From: Lingula anatina
Taxonomy: Eukaryota > Animalia > Brachiopoda
DNA length: 64,000 bases
Direction of reading: 5' to 3'
Assembly: GCA_051362555.1 (NCBI GenBank)
Contig: CM120647.1
Span: 17,646,651 to 17,710,650 of the forward strand
Below the pieces are notes generated by a model, which saw nothing but the letters and a program-made list of their open reading frames with translations, was not told where the DNA came from and did not search any database. A program made the position numbers and the translations under genes. Position 1 is the stretch's first letter, and each line of letters starts with the position of its first letter. Below are positions 38,515 to 53,500 of this stretch, in pieces.

Positions 38515-41500
38515 CTACTCTGTGAACAACAGATGCCCAATAAAGTGGAAAATTACTGTCACAAAATGTCTTACTTACTCTGCAAAGTAAGCTTCTTCAC
38601 AATCAGCTTCCTGTATTTCTGTGTCATCCTGTCCATGCTGTAGTCAAGTTTCTTGGACAACACATCTGCAGCACTCTGGCCCTATGACAACAGGGATAAG
38701 AAAATATGTATATTGCAATTAATAAGTGCGTAAAATATACAAACGAAAAAAACTTAGTATGTGTTCAAAAGTCTCATTTTCATTAAGTCACCAGAGTATA
38801 TGTGCTGTCTGAAGGGACACTTATACCATAAAATAAATACTAAAATCCAGAAACTTAAATGTAGATGAAATTATAGAACACAAATTTTAAGAGTTACACA
38901 ACTTATATTTATTTGGCTATTTTCATTGTTTTTCTAATTTATACTATTAGATATTGAAATTATTATCAATACTATTATCATCATTATTCAATTCAATATC
39001 ATATCATATTCCATTTAGCAAAATGTCTTTTACTCACCACGAGAAACTCGTACTGCCCGGCTCTGTTTAACAACCCCATGTCCCTGAACTTGACCTTGTC
39101 CACACTTGGGAGAGAAATCCCACTGTCTTTATCATCATCCATATCCTTGGGTGCCACTCCCTCTGCCACAGGGGGCAGAGCTGCATTATTATCATCACCA
39201 GCAGTAGCCCCGCCTCCTAAAGTGGCTGACATCTGAGTGACAATTCCACCTGTTCCTTTTGGTAGTGCTTTGGGCTTTTCTTGGTCTTCTTCCTCTTCAA
39301 GGTCTAGGTCAAATGGGTTCTTATATTTTTCTTTGAATTTCATTGAGTATTTTGAAGGTGGGATGTTTTTATAGCGTTCAGACTGCTCTTCAATTGTCTC
39401 AGCAAAAATGCGTTCGTAAAAAGGCATTCTGTCGGGACTGAAGTGAAAAAAAATCCACATGTATCATATATTTGTTTATATACTAGCATTTCATTCTTAT
39501 TTCTACAAAATACCGTTACCTGGTACATCACATGTACTTGAATTCTTCAATGAAAGATTGCACAAAAATTGAATAACATTTGTTGTGACAGAAATGTTCA
39601 ACCACTGGTAGTTGTCAGGAATACAAGTGCATAAATGCCAGCTCCAGTATAAAATTATGTGAAAGACAATTTATCAACTCACATAATATTTTTTTTACTC
39701 TCTAAGAATGCATCAGAACAGAAAACCCTTATTCTGGGTTTAAGGAACATTGAATTAGTTGAGATTCGAGAATCACAACCAAACACAATCCTATACTCAC
39801 TGTATAATACAGTATTTAGCCAGAAGGTCAAGAGGGTCTGTCATCTCCTGAAGGTCACTCTTCGGCATGGGAGCCGTTGCCTTGGCAATAGCCCTTAGAG
39901 TCACTCTTGGCTTGCGTTTTGGACTGGAAGAAATTTTGAAAAATTTCTGTTCAATCCTGTGCTTAAAATTCATATTTCTTAAGAAATCAAATGTACCTGT
40001 ATGTGAATGTTGTTTGCAGATATATTTCTTAATATTTAACTGATGTTCTCTCTTTAGATAAATATAAACATGTTAAATCCTAAAAACATATCTCAATTTG
40101 CTTTTTATAAAAATCCTGTTTATATTGGTCAGTTTTTGCCAAATTATAGAATTCAAACTATCTTTCGAAAAAAAAAAACATATTTTTTTTTTAAATCAAC
40201 TTCACTTCCAAAAACTTACAGCATCTTCCTCTTTGGTTTGGGAGGTGGCGGTGTTGGAGTTGGAGATTTAGGTGGTGGAGTGGGTCCTTCTATTTCTACC
40301 TCTTCCTCCTTAAAAAAATTGATGAAATTATCTATTTATATAATTGCAGTAATCACTCAATACTTTCAATGGAGAAAAACTGTGAACTTTACAGATACTG
40401 TACAGGTATATTTAATCAAAACTTCTGAAATTAAGTACATTCCTACTGGGTGATAGCAACAAAATTTAAAAGAAGGCTACTCCTTATTTCTATTTTATGC
40501 CCTAAAAGCACAACAAATGTTCAATAGAAAAATCATTTTTGTGATTGTAAAATTATGTAAAATTATTAAGTTTGATAATTTTCGCCAATGAAAATGATCA
40601 AATAATTACCATATGTATTTATCATTAATACATTATAGTTATATATGAAGAACATATTACCTCTACCCTCACATAGTCCTCATCATCAGAATCTTTCTCA
40701 AACACAATCTCTGGAGAGGGAGATGGAGAGGGGGTGGGAAGAGGGGTGGGTTCTTTTGGTGGTGGGGTGGGGGTGGGGGTTGGCACAGGAGTTGGTTCTT
40801 TTGGGGGTGGAGGTGTTGGCTCCTTGGGCGGCGGGGTTGGTGGCTTCTTCTTGGGTGGTGGCAATGGTGGAGGTGGTGCCTGTGAAAAAAAAAAATAAAG
40901 ACGTTAAAGGGATAATAACTCTTCGTATGAGATCAATATTTCACAATAACAACATTGTGAATAACTCATAGAAATATAATATATTCTGTTTTACCACAAA
41001 AACGGCAGTTATAGCTATTATTCTGATATCTGAGCTTGTCTTTAGACCACGTGACCTCCACTGATCTCTTAAGAGATTTTAACAAAAAACTTTTTAGAAA
41101 AAAAACAGGGATTAACTTTGAATGTAAAAATGGATTCATTAACCATTGATAAGTATGGGAAAATTGTTGTTTACTGCAGGAAAATTCATTTTTTGGCCAA
41201 AACGAAGAGTAATTATCCCTTTAAAGTCAGCTTTTAATTCCACTACATTCTGTTCAGTGCTGAAAACAACAATGAACAATGGGAATAATCATCCCTTTTC
41301 TTTATCTTATATACTAATTTCAATATTACTTTTTTCATATTTTATATTTTGTGAGTTTCATCAAATTAGAGCAATACATATAATAAAATTCACCTGTAGT
41401 TCATTTGTGTTAACACCAAAATGGAGCAAGTATTTCAAACAAAAGACCATTTCCAACCCAGTACTTCCTCTGTGATAAAGCTCACCTTGTACACCTTGAC

Positions 41501-44500
41501 CTCTTTCTTTGGTGGCTCTGGCTTGGCCACCTTGGTCAGCCCCTTAATGACCTTCTTCTGGACCGGCGGTGGAGGGGGTGGGGGTGTGGGCTCCTTGGGG
41601 GGTTCTTTATGGAAGAGAGGGTGAATAGTTATAATCTTATAATAATAATCTTACAGCAATTTTAATAATAATAATAATAATAATAATAAAAACTTAAAGG
41701 GAATTCATTTTGAATAACATGATCAATAATTACTTAAAAACAATGTGAAATGTATCAAAAAGATGATAATGATCATAAGCTGTGTGGTGGATACATGTAG
41801 TGGTGGAGGTAACCGAACTGTTTTAAAAGGTCCGAATGTGGCAAATCTATAATGAAATATTCTACATCACTAAGATATTAAGTCAACTTGGTGTGGAATA
41901 AATGCAGCAATGACTGAGAATACAGAAGTTTTACCTGGCGTAGGTTCTTTGGGTGGGGGAGGAGTGGGCTCCTTTGGTGGTTCTGAAGATGAAGATGTCA
42001 ACATATAAACATAAGCTACATAACATTTATATCGTAAATATAAATCTTTCTGTCTTAACAGTAAAATTAGACATAATTTTAGTATCTGTTGATATTATTT
42101 AATTAAAAGGGACCACTGACTTGTTATTAAAATGTCTTTGGTGACAACACTTATTGTTGAGGGGTTCAAAAACTACATGTTAATACAAAAATATTTTTCT
42201 TTTCAAGGAAACTAAAAATAATAGATAAATTAAATGTTCGTAACTGAACTTAAGGGGTAAATAAAATATAATTTCATGTAAATTTGATTAATTAAAATAG
42301 AAGAAACATAAATAAATTTCAAACAAGGCATTTAAATGTCATTAAATATAATAATTGTAAAATTGGGTGCAAAAAGTGCTAAAGCTACAGCAAGATATAT
42401 CACAAAGAGAGGAATTAAAAAGTCATGCAGTGGGATTCTTAAGTACTCTCTCTGTGATATACTAGTAAGCTTTTCATTTAATTAAGTACAAGATTTGCCC
42501 AGTTATATCTAATAATCAAAACAGTGATATTTAGAGACTAAAAATTGGTTTCAATGTCTGTATGTAAAACCCTAAAACTAATTTACAAAATGCTATTTCT
42601 AATGAAAATGTTTCAAAATTCAAACAAAACTAAAATACAAAATGAACTTTTAGCATATATGATTTTAAAAACAAACTTTAATATTAGGAGATGAAAGCAA
42701 AGACTGGGCTTGTCTTGTACTTAATTGACACAACACATCACCTGGTGTTGGAGATGGTGAGGGTGGAAGAGGGGGTAGCCTCTCTAGCGGTGGGGTTTCA
42801 GAAGCTCGGGATGGAATAGAAGGAGATTCTTCCATACGCATTTCCATCAGAAAAGTGTACGGCTCTGATTCAATGACAGAATCTAACTCTGACTCCACGT
42901 CATCATTTATAGGTGCTGGGTGCAAATAAAATAAGGATAGTGCAAATAAAACAAGGATTGTAAACTAAAGGTGCCATGCAAAGCAGATTTTTCTATAGGT
43001 GCAAGGTATTTGTAAAATACATGCATGAGGGCACACTGGATTTCACTATGTATAAAAACAATGAAATATGATGACAACAAATAAGTAAGAATGCATAATG
43101 ATATATAAAATGAATGTAAAACAATGATAAATAATTCAAGTATAAAATTAATAGCATAGCAACAATTCAAGCAAGCAATTTTCATATCCATATAATATGT
43201 AATACCAAATAAAGCCATAGCAACAAAAACAGTCAAAAGGTCCAACTCCATCTGAAGACAAAAATAAAAATGAAATAATTGTAATTTCAATGGCAATTCA
43301 ATAACAAAATAAATGAAATAAAACAGTCATCACACATTCTGAGTGAAGGTGATCAACTCCATCCAAGAACACATGCACAGCATTCAAACTCTCTAAGAAA
43401 TTAAAGCAGTTTCAATGTAACAAACACACATTCACATACCCCCCCCCCCCCCCACACACACACACACAAACAAACACAGCAAATAATAAATAAATAAATA
43501 ACTGGGAAAATAATATGTAGTAGGCCTACACAGTACCACCTCAAACCAGTCAAGGTACCTTCTGGAGTCTCTACAGGCTCTACCAGGACATGTTGAACAG
43601 ATCTGCTGGGTACCCTCTTTGGATCTGACAAATAACACTGGTGTTAGTGGTCTACAGAGATAGACACTGGCTCACACACAACAAAGCCATTTAAAACTTA
43701 CGAACATATTTAGTAAACTTGGTAGCACTTTAAGGATTAGTACTTATGTCAGTAAAAGAAGCTTTGCAGCTGATTAAACTCAAACATCATTTAAGGAGAG
43801 ATAGTAATGCTACAATTACTACACTGTACTTTAAATAATACAATTTGTACATATACAAACTACCAGTGCACTACCCTTCTACATGTAGCATGTCACAAGG
43901 TGGTTATGTATTCGCCAAATTCTAAAAAATGAAAGAAATATTTCTACAAGATATAAACCAATATACAAACTCAGTAAAGAAAATACCACAGCATTCTTTG
44001 AAAAAAATATATTTGGATGAAACAAAAATAATCAGAGAAAATCAGAGAAACAAATTTTAAAATGAAAATATGTGAAAGTAATCAGAGAGAAAACAAAACT
44101 TGAATGCATTTCCCCATCCAGTGCCATCTTACTTGCAACTTTCTCTTTCTTGATAATTTTCCTTTGCTTGGATAAGGCCTCAAGGTCATCTGCCTCTTCA
44201 AAGGTCAGTGGGATAGCAGGAAGTGAGTTGGACCTCTGTAGATTGGTTGAATTTATCCCAAGGTCAAGGCCAGGCAGAATGAAAAGTGCTGTGTCCGATA
44301 CACATCTGAACAATAATGTATCTTCAGAGTCCAGAAATGGGAGAGAATGCTGGGACTTAGGCTGGACATCTTTGTGACCTCCAGTATCATGAGCTTGATC
44401 TTTATTTTCTTCCTCATGTTTTTCTTCTTTTTCTTCTTCTTCTTCATCACTGGAACCAATATCAGCTCCTGGGAAGAAACTCCCAGAGCTGAACCCAGAC

Positions 44501-47500
44501 ATGCGTTGTCCTGTCCTGAAATCTCCCAGAGCTAACTGTGGTTTCTGAAGCTGCTCCAAATTCAAGGAATCCAAAACTTCATTTGAGCTAAAATATCCGC
44601 TTGAACCACCAAGGAGAGAGTTAGTATCTGCGTTAGATCCTGTGCCTAGTTTATCTACACTATCACTACTGGGTAAGGTAAGAGTTGACCCCATTTCCTT
44701 GTCTTCATGTTTCTCTTCTTTATGAGCCTGCACATGATTCATGTAGCGCTGCATAAACTCATTGGCGTAACCTATGTTGGTGGGTAGACCTGGCCTAAAA
44801 GACATCCCGTACTGTTGATTTTGCAGGCGCAGCCGATGCATATCCTGCTGTTGCATTCTGGGTTGGTTCCAACGCTGAGCGTCCAACTCGGCTCGTTCTC
44901 TCTCTTCTTCTTCCCTTTTCTTCCTCTCTTCTTCTTCTCTCCTCTGTCTTTCCTCTTCCTCAATCCTCTTCCTTTCTTTCTCCTCTAACTCATGATGCTT
45001 TATGACATCTTCCAGCATGTCAATGATTTTCTGTATGGCAGTCAGCTCAATTTCAGAAATGTTCCGCTTGGTCTTAATCAGGGCTTTCATCTTCTGATGA
45101 ATACTGGTCACGCGGACCAAATCAACCTCCGTCTCATTCACCAACCTTTCTACAGTCTCCAGCATTGCTTTCCAAGACACCAAATCTGGATGCGTGTCCT
45201 CAGCTCTCTCAAACTGTGGAATGATGAATTTAATCAGACTACTTTGTGACTTTGAAGCATCCTGTGTTTCTTTTTTGTCTTCTTCAACTGTGTCACCAAA
45301 GAGAAGCTTCATAAGAGCAGCTTCATTTACAGTCATGCCGTATCTCTTCATGAGGTCAAGTATTTCATCCTTGGTCATCATGACAGTTGGGAGCTTTGTC
45401 TTCAGCTCTTTCTTCAGTCCTTCCATAGGATTAAACATCAGCTGCTTGTTCTTTACATCATCTGGCAGCACTATTCCACCAAGTTTCTTCAAGAGCTCTG
45501 CCACAGAGGTAGCTTTGGGGGGAACTGGTTTAGTCTTCTTGGGAACTTTTGATTTACCCTTTTTCTTTGGTTCTGCATCCATGAGGGTATCTGTACTCTT
45601 CCCTTCGTTATCTTTACCTTTTACTTCTAAATTTCCAAAGGAGGATTGTAGGCTGCTTAGTGCTCCTCTGATATCACCCAATGAAGCTTCAAGTTTCTTT
45701 TTGCTTAGAGACATTCTACGGATCATTTCTTTTTCTTTTGACTCATCCCTGCCACCCTCTAACTGACCCTTCCTCAAAGGCCCTTTCCTGATTACCCTCC
45801 TTTCTTGTACCCCATCATCCACATCTTGTTCATCATCCTGGAAACTTCCTTCTGGCAGCCTGAAATTCAGATCTTGGCCCCTGAATGTCCTTTTGCTCTT
45901 CTCATAATGTGTCCTCTTCTTTTTAGCTTTAGACAGACTGCTTGCATCAGAAAAAGCAGAATCATCAGATACATCAGAGAGTACGCTGTCCCTTTTTCGT
46001 CTGAGGCGAACAGCTTTTCCATCATCTGTGTATATTACCTTGTAGTCATAATCTCCCATCTGTTTGGTAGGGCTGTTGATTAGATTTTCTCTGGTAACTT
46101 TGGCAACAGTTTGTCCATCATTGGCAGATACAAGCTCAATATTGCTTTGCCCCGCCTTTTCAAAGAGACGTATATGGACTCTGGATGACTTTCCCTTTTT
46201 CTTCCTATTGGTGGAGAACATAGAGCGTGGGGGCAGACTGCCAAGTTTGTCAGCAAGTTCATCATATTCATACTGATCTTCATCAAACTCATGCTCTTCC
46301 TCCCCCTCCTCCTCAACAAGTTCCCAATCTCCCTGTTCCTCTTCCTCCTCACTGTCCTCAAAGTCCTCCTCGCCTGCTGGGATATTCATGGTCAACTTTT
46401 TGCTCATTGGTTTATTGGTTCCAAAGATATGTGCTCTTTGTTGTGTGTTTCTTTTGTACGGAGTCATGTCCCTACCTCTCTTCACCTGGTTTGCATTAGG
46501 AGCATGCCTTGATGTGGTATCCCTCGGACTAAATTGTATCTGTGCCGGCCTGTGTCTTTCCTGAAGTGGACTACTGTGCATTTCACCAGCTCTCCCTGGA
46601 GTGGATGGTGCCAACTTGTACTTGGGTGTGTTAGTATGCAACAGATACCCTCCCTGGTCTAATATCACACCCTGCCTTTGCTCCTCGTAGGCCCTCCTCT
46701 TGGCCATCTCGTGCTGCTGTTGGGCTAACATTAATTTAATATATGACTCACGATTTGGGATGAGGTATCGCAACTGGGTGGTTTTGTTATCAGGAAAAAT
46801 TGACACCATGGGTTTCTGATAATGTTTTCCACATACAGCACAGTTGTAGGTTTTTCTGTAGTGATAATTGAAATTGGATGGTATACCGTATCCTAGTTTG
46901 TGCTGACTTTCTATGTCAATTTCAAAGTTTTTGATGCCGAGATGCATAATTTGCTGCAAGTGAGTCTGCTGCTCTGTAAGTGGTTAGTAATAAAAAGAGC
47001 AAACTGTTAGTTAAGTTGTTAATATTAACAATATTACAATTATCAAAACATTTGACATTGTGACCATAAACCACAGACAGTCAAATCTGCATTCATCTTC
47101 ATATATCATATTCACCATCAAACAGTATGTAATTTTCACATACACTCAAACTGATAACTTGATCTTTTCAAAATAAGACAAACAGGTACAAGTTCATACT
47201 TCATGAGGAGACAATGGCATTAAATTACCTGAAAACATAATTCAAAAATGAAACAAATAATCATTTTTGTGCTTAAGGTCTTCTGCCAAGCCGACGTGGT
47301 ACTACAGCTGAAAATGAACTGGTGCCCGCGTCTACATGAGTGCATGATTAGGTGCTGCTACATATCTACATGTATTGCTATCAAAAACTTATAAGAATAT
47401 CTGTGCATTAAATATCTACTGGTGTGAATTTACTGATGGGCATAAACTGAAACAGATGAAATGCTTTTGTGCATACACTATACAGAATGTGTCATGCTGC

Positions 47501-50500
47501 CATCTACAGTGACCTTCCCATGCAGTGCTGCCACATATAGTGCAATAGCACATGCGTGTTCTTTGGTGCAGTGCATGCTAATGTTACAGTACATATATAG
47601 TGCAACACCAAAAAAAGTGCATTTACTGCACCTTTCTTTTTGGTCTGAACCACTGGCGGTTTTTCTTTGGCAGGTTTTGCTTTTGGGACCTCTTTCTTTT
47701 CCCTTTCAGGTTTCTCCACTTTTGCAGGCTGCTTTGGGACTGGTTTTTCTGGTTTAGGATTGACTATTGTTTTTGTTCGTTCAGGTTTTGGCATTTCTTG
47801 TGGTGGTGGTGCTGGTCTGGGGGGTTCCTGTGTTTTGGCTTTGGGAGTTGAAACTGGGGGAGGGGTTTCTGCCTTGGGGGGTGCCTTTTTGGGGACAACC
47901 ACAGGTGGGGGAGGAGGGGGTGCAGCTTTTGGCTTTGGTTCTACTTTGGGAGGTTGTGGCTTTGGAGCCTTTTGCAGAACAACTTTCTGTGGAATCTTTT
48001 TAGGTGTAGACTTTTCCAAAGGAGCTTGGACTGGGGTTACAGGGCCTGAATCAACTACACTGGGTTCTTTTTCAGACTTAACACTCTCTTGCTCAATGTC
48101 ATTTATGATACTCTCAGGTGGATCTGATGGTGACTCTGACTTAGGTATGGGAACTTGGGTGATAAGTAAGGGTGTTTGGGGGATAGGGGTGGGTGATGGG
48201 GAGGGTTCTGGGGACTGTGGGGGTAGAGGGGTAGGAGAGGGAGATTTTGGAGGGATGGATTCTGTTTGCTGCTCTGCCTCTTGTGTCTCTTGAATTTCAG
48301 GTTCATCTTCCACTGGTTCTTCAGTGACTTCTGGTTGTTCCTCGGCTTCTTCTTCAGCAGAGACACTGAACTCTTCTTCTACTCGGACAAAGTCTGATTC
48401 AGAACTTGACACAACTTCATTTGCTACCTTGACTTCTTCTATTGGGCTTTTAGGAGTCTCTTCAACCACTGGCACTGGGGTCTGTTCCTTTGGTGGAGTG
48501 TCTTCCCTTTGTTCTTGAACTTCTTCCTCCTTGTCCTCTTCTGTGTTCTCTTCTTCAACCAGCTCTTCTTCCTCTGCGTCCTCCACCTCCGCTTCAATAA
48601 CCTGCTCAGGTTCAGGTTCTGGTTCTGGTTCTTCTACAGGTGTAGAGTGCCTGGACTCAACGGGTAGTGAATCAGGTTTAGGAGGCTCATCCTTTTCAGT
48701 TACAGGTGTAGGTACCATTGGTTCTGCCTCCTTTTCTGACAGAATCTCCTCTGGTTCCTCACTATCACTGACTACAATTGGTGGTGTTGGTATTGGTTCT
48801 TGGACTGGTTCTTCTTTAACTGAGGGCTCTGAAGGAGCTGCCTCACTTTCAGTTGTATTATTTTCTTCAATTATCACTGGTGTGGGTTCTTTTTGCACAG
48901 TTTCTTCTGGGGCCTCTGGAGACATTTGGACTGTTGGATCTGGCTCTGATAATGGGCTCTCTTGAGCAGGAGGTGGAGGTGTTGGTGATACTTTTACAGG
49001 CTCAACAATTTCCTGAACAATATCATAATCATTTTCCTCCTCTGGCTCAATGTTGAGAACCTCAGGATCAGGAGTCTTAGCAGCAATAATGTCAACAATG
49101 GTTTCAGGTTTTTCTTCTTCAGGTGCTTTTTCTTCAATCAGAACTGGCCGCACTTCTTCCTGAACTTCAACCTGAACTGGGGTCTCTGAATGAACTGAGG
49201 CCTCTGAGACTGGTGGCGGAATGGGGTCTGGCTCATGGTCAATGCTGCTTTCAGTCTCACTAGAATCTTCAGTCTCGACATGACTTTCATTTTCTGCTTC
49301 TATCTGTGGGGTGGTGTTTTCCACAGGTGGGGGTGGTGGAGAAGGAGAGGGTGAAGCCTGAGGGCTCTCATCTGGTATTCTCTCTGGGACATCTTGTTCA
49401 CTGGGTAAGGGTGTCTGTATGTGATGTTTGGGGGGAAGGTCAGGGGTAATCAGAGGTTTGGGTTCAGGAGGAGGCAAAGTATTGTTTCTCTGGACTGATG
49501 CAACAGGTGGTGGTTCTGCAGGGGGTTTCTTAATCAACTGGTCATCAGAGTAGCTTTTCACCACAGCATTGAGTATATAACTAGGCACCTGCACACCAGG
49601 GGGTATTTGCACTGGGGCCTTAAACCTCTGCCTGCTTGGCATAGCACCTAGGATGGGGATTCCAGCAGTGAGGGCCATGTCCTCGATTGGAGAGGACAAG
49701 ATAGGAAAACCTGACTTTTTAAGTCTGGGAGAGAGATTTGATTGTGAAGAGTCTTTGTCACCGGGCATTATTGGACGAGGGGACAATTGGGATATAGAAG
49801 TGGGACGATTTGCATCTTTGGTTTTGGCATTGGATTGTCTTGAATGTTTTGACTGTGACTGTGGTGCCATCTCCCAATATTGACTAGGGGAACCATGTTG
49901 GTTCAATGTTTGGGAACCCTGTGAATTATTAGGTATGGGGTGGGAAGCCTCAAGCTGGCCTGCAATAGGGAGCACCTGAAAATCTGCAACACTGTTGGCT
50001 GGAGGGACTGAAATTTTGTCAATTAAAGATGAATTAATATTAAATAAAAATATCACCTTTAAAGAATACCTTTATCTCTTTGTAGTAAAGTGAAAGTTTG
50101 GAGATACTGAAAATATCCAATTTTGGCCATTGCTTTGCCTTTTTTTCCTTCCCTTACTTATTTCACTTGAATTCTTTGCATTCTTCTAATTTTTATTGTA
50201 ATTATTTGTTATTAAATTGCATCAGTCTATGAACTTTAACAGCTTATTGTTGCTAAAACAAGGTCACAGGAAGAGTATGATTTTTGATCTGATTTGAGAA
50301 CATTTTACAGAATAAAATAAGCCAAACTGCAGCTGATCTATTGTCCAAACATCCCACTTTACCACAGAGTTTAAAAATACATATATACTAGCATAATATG
50401 ACATATGTATCAAAACATCTGAAATGGAAACAGTTGCAAGGATAAAATAAAATTTTTCCCATTAAAAATACCATGAAATCTATGCATGGATATCTAGCAC

Positions 50501-53500
50501 TATAATGTAATCAAATGCATTTTATACAAAAAGATTCTATGGGATTTAAGACAAAGGCTGGGAAAATAAGCTTTTGCAGTATGGAGATTGATCTAAGCAG
50601 CTTTCTAAAATATTCATCAAAATTTATCATATTGAACTGGTTGCTAGAATATTCTGTATTTCTATATATAATATACTAATATTTCTAGGTACACATGAAG
50701 ATTGCATTTTAACATACCTGGTGAACTTTCAACACCTGAGTCAGGGGTTCCTTGCCTGAATGAAATAAAATCAAAAATCACAAATCTCAAAAAGAACTAA
50801 ATAAAATGAACAAAATATACAACTCAAGTGGTCTGAGATCATTTAGCATATTACATTTATGTATTTGATTCAATGAAATTGGACACTTGTTTCACAATGT
50901 GTTTGGTGAGACAGTTCTATTCCACTAGACAAGTCAGACATGAATGTGTTTGTTGAGCCTCTCCTCTAACGCACATTATTGTGTCTGTTTTGACTCTTGT
51001 CTTGCAACCACATTTTAAACAATTTAGGTCTTGGTTACTGTACCTCTTGTCTGGTGTGGCTGGAACCTCCACAACTCTTGGTGTGCTGGTCAAAGGCTGA
51101 AATGTGAAACAAATCTCCTAAAATATATTAACTCTGAACAAACAAACAGGTGCCTATTTTACAAAAGAACTGAAAAAAACTAATCTAAACTGATCAATTT
51201 TCAGGGTAAAATTCTTTTGAAAAATAGGCACTTGAGTAACATCTAAATCTAGAGATTTAATACAGGAACATTGAAAGTTTACTCTACTTATTCCAAGAAC
51301 CTCCAAGTATGCTACTGGCTATATACATGTAGTATGTGGGGATATGTTTTCTGTACATACCAAACTATTGGGATTCATAAAGTTATACTGATATTCGTTT
51401 TCTGGAGATAAGGAGGGGAAGGAAATATGCTGGGGCACTGAATACATATTTTTGTTCTTTTGAGAACATAGCAATGAAACTGAAGGCAACTTGTGGTAAA
51501 GAGGCAAGTGAGATAAAACAATTTGCGAAACAAAACTGCAGAAACTATAACCTAAAGCCTGAAAAAAACTGGTGGCAAAAGCTTGAAATAATTGAATATT
51601 AAAGCTATAAGGTGATTCTATTATTGTAAACTAATTAAACTGGCTGAAGCAGTAGCAGTGGGAATTGGGTTGCCCTAAGACACAATGGCTGACAAAAATC
51701 ACATGAGCTTGAATAGATGGGAGAAATGTTAATATTTGTTTATTCTAAGGTACCTTTGTATACCAAAATTCAGAATTTGGATAACTTTTTTCATCATATT
51801 TTTATGTCAAGTATTATGAATAGTTTCAAATAAAACACTTTGCCCCTTTGGTCCCATGTCTTTTTTCTTGAACTGGAGAGTTGATTTATTCTATTCCAAA
51901 ATTAAATAAAAACATTTTTATGGACCCCATGCAACTAAGATAGCCATCCCCTATTCAAGCTCAAATCACTTCCATCATCCAGTGTGTGTATACCTCTTCC
52001 TTTGCACTATCTACATGTGCTATGGGGTTCACATCACTATCTACAGGGGTTCCTGGGACTGTGACACTATCCACTGTGGTGGAGGAAGCGGGAGTAGAAG
52101 CAGCAATAGCTGGAACCTTTTCTTCTTCAACTGGTCTCAGAGGTGGCTCCCAGGGTTCCTGATTGTGATCTGTTTCTTTCAGTTCAAATGGCTCTGGTTC
52201 CTGGTTTGGGACAAGCAAAATGTGCTAGCATATGTTCTCCAAGTACCCTGAACTATATACGAGTCTTACCAGTTGTTTTGGTCATGTTTGTAAAGGGATA
52301 AATTTGAAATTAGACTTTCATATGTATACAGTTAGCAAAATGATGAAAATTTCCTGGAAATGATTTGTCAGGTCAGAATTTCCAGGACGGCACTTGTTTT
52401 TGCCTTCATTTCTAAAATTTACATGGGAACTCCATTCTTATTTCCTTATTTCAACATCAATAAATAATTCTAATGAGCTCAGGCCTGACTTACGGTGGGA
52501 AAAAAAGTCTGCTGAATTACATGTATTACCTGGACTATATCTTTATAAAAGTGGTTCAAGAGTTCAGATTTAACTTTGATAGCTTCCATTTGATTGAAAT
52601 GAAGTTCAAGGTACTTGGTCTGAGAACACAGTAGCTTCAAAGCAGTGAAATGGCAATTTGCAATGCAATGTGGAATCAACAAACAAACAATAAACAAACA
52701 ATCATAAAAAAGACAATCAACATACACCAAATAATTAGCAAATGCAATCATGTGAAAATGCAGTTTCAATCAAAATTAAATAAATGTGCAACATAAGCAT
52801 TGCCAAAACAGTGAAATTATGAAAAGGTTTTTAATCAAATATTTCAAATAGCTGGTGCATATCTGATAATATGGAGGGTTTCAACAGGTGATTATATGAC
52901 ATTGTATGTGACATGTCCTGTGACATATGACATGGGGCCAGATAATGTGACAAAGTGACATTTTGTGTGACATATTATGTGATATATGGCATTAGGTCAG
53001 ATTATGTGACAGTGCCATTTGTCTGTGACAGTGAGAAACTGGACATGGGACAATGTACACACGAACAGACAGGAATCATGAATTTACTGACAAAACAAAA
53101 AATCATATCTTCGTTGTTGCAATTTGACCCTTTTTTTGTGACTTTTAGAATTCATTTATTATTTTAGAGTTTCACTTCATCTGAAACAGGTAAAAATTAA
53201 GTTTACTCTGTTTGATTTTTTGGCCTTTATGACATTTTCTTTTGACTAAAAAAACAGGGGAAAATCTCCTGTAAAAAATTGCATATCATCAATTAAAAGG
53301 GTCTGAGTATAACAGAGCCTCCCTACCTTGTATTTGACATCCCTTTTGATTTCCACAAACTTTGTCAATTCTTTATCACTCTTCTTAATGTCCAACCCTG
53401 TCCCTTTGGGCAGGTTAAACTGCCTGTTCTTACTGAAGGGGTCCACAGCCACAGTGTCTCCACCTTCTCTCTTCTTTAGTCTGAAAGCTGCAGGAGCTGG

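Noticed and set aside
44072-49883. Many plus-strand ORFs (Ser/Gly/Phe-rich) overlapping the giant exons
   Set aside because: They are antisense shadows of the low-complexity Pro/Glu/Lys-rich coding exons.
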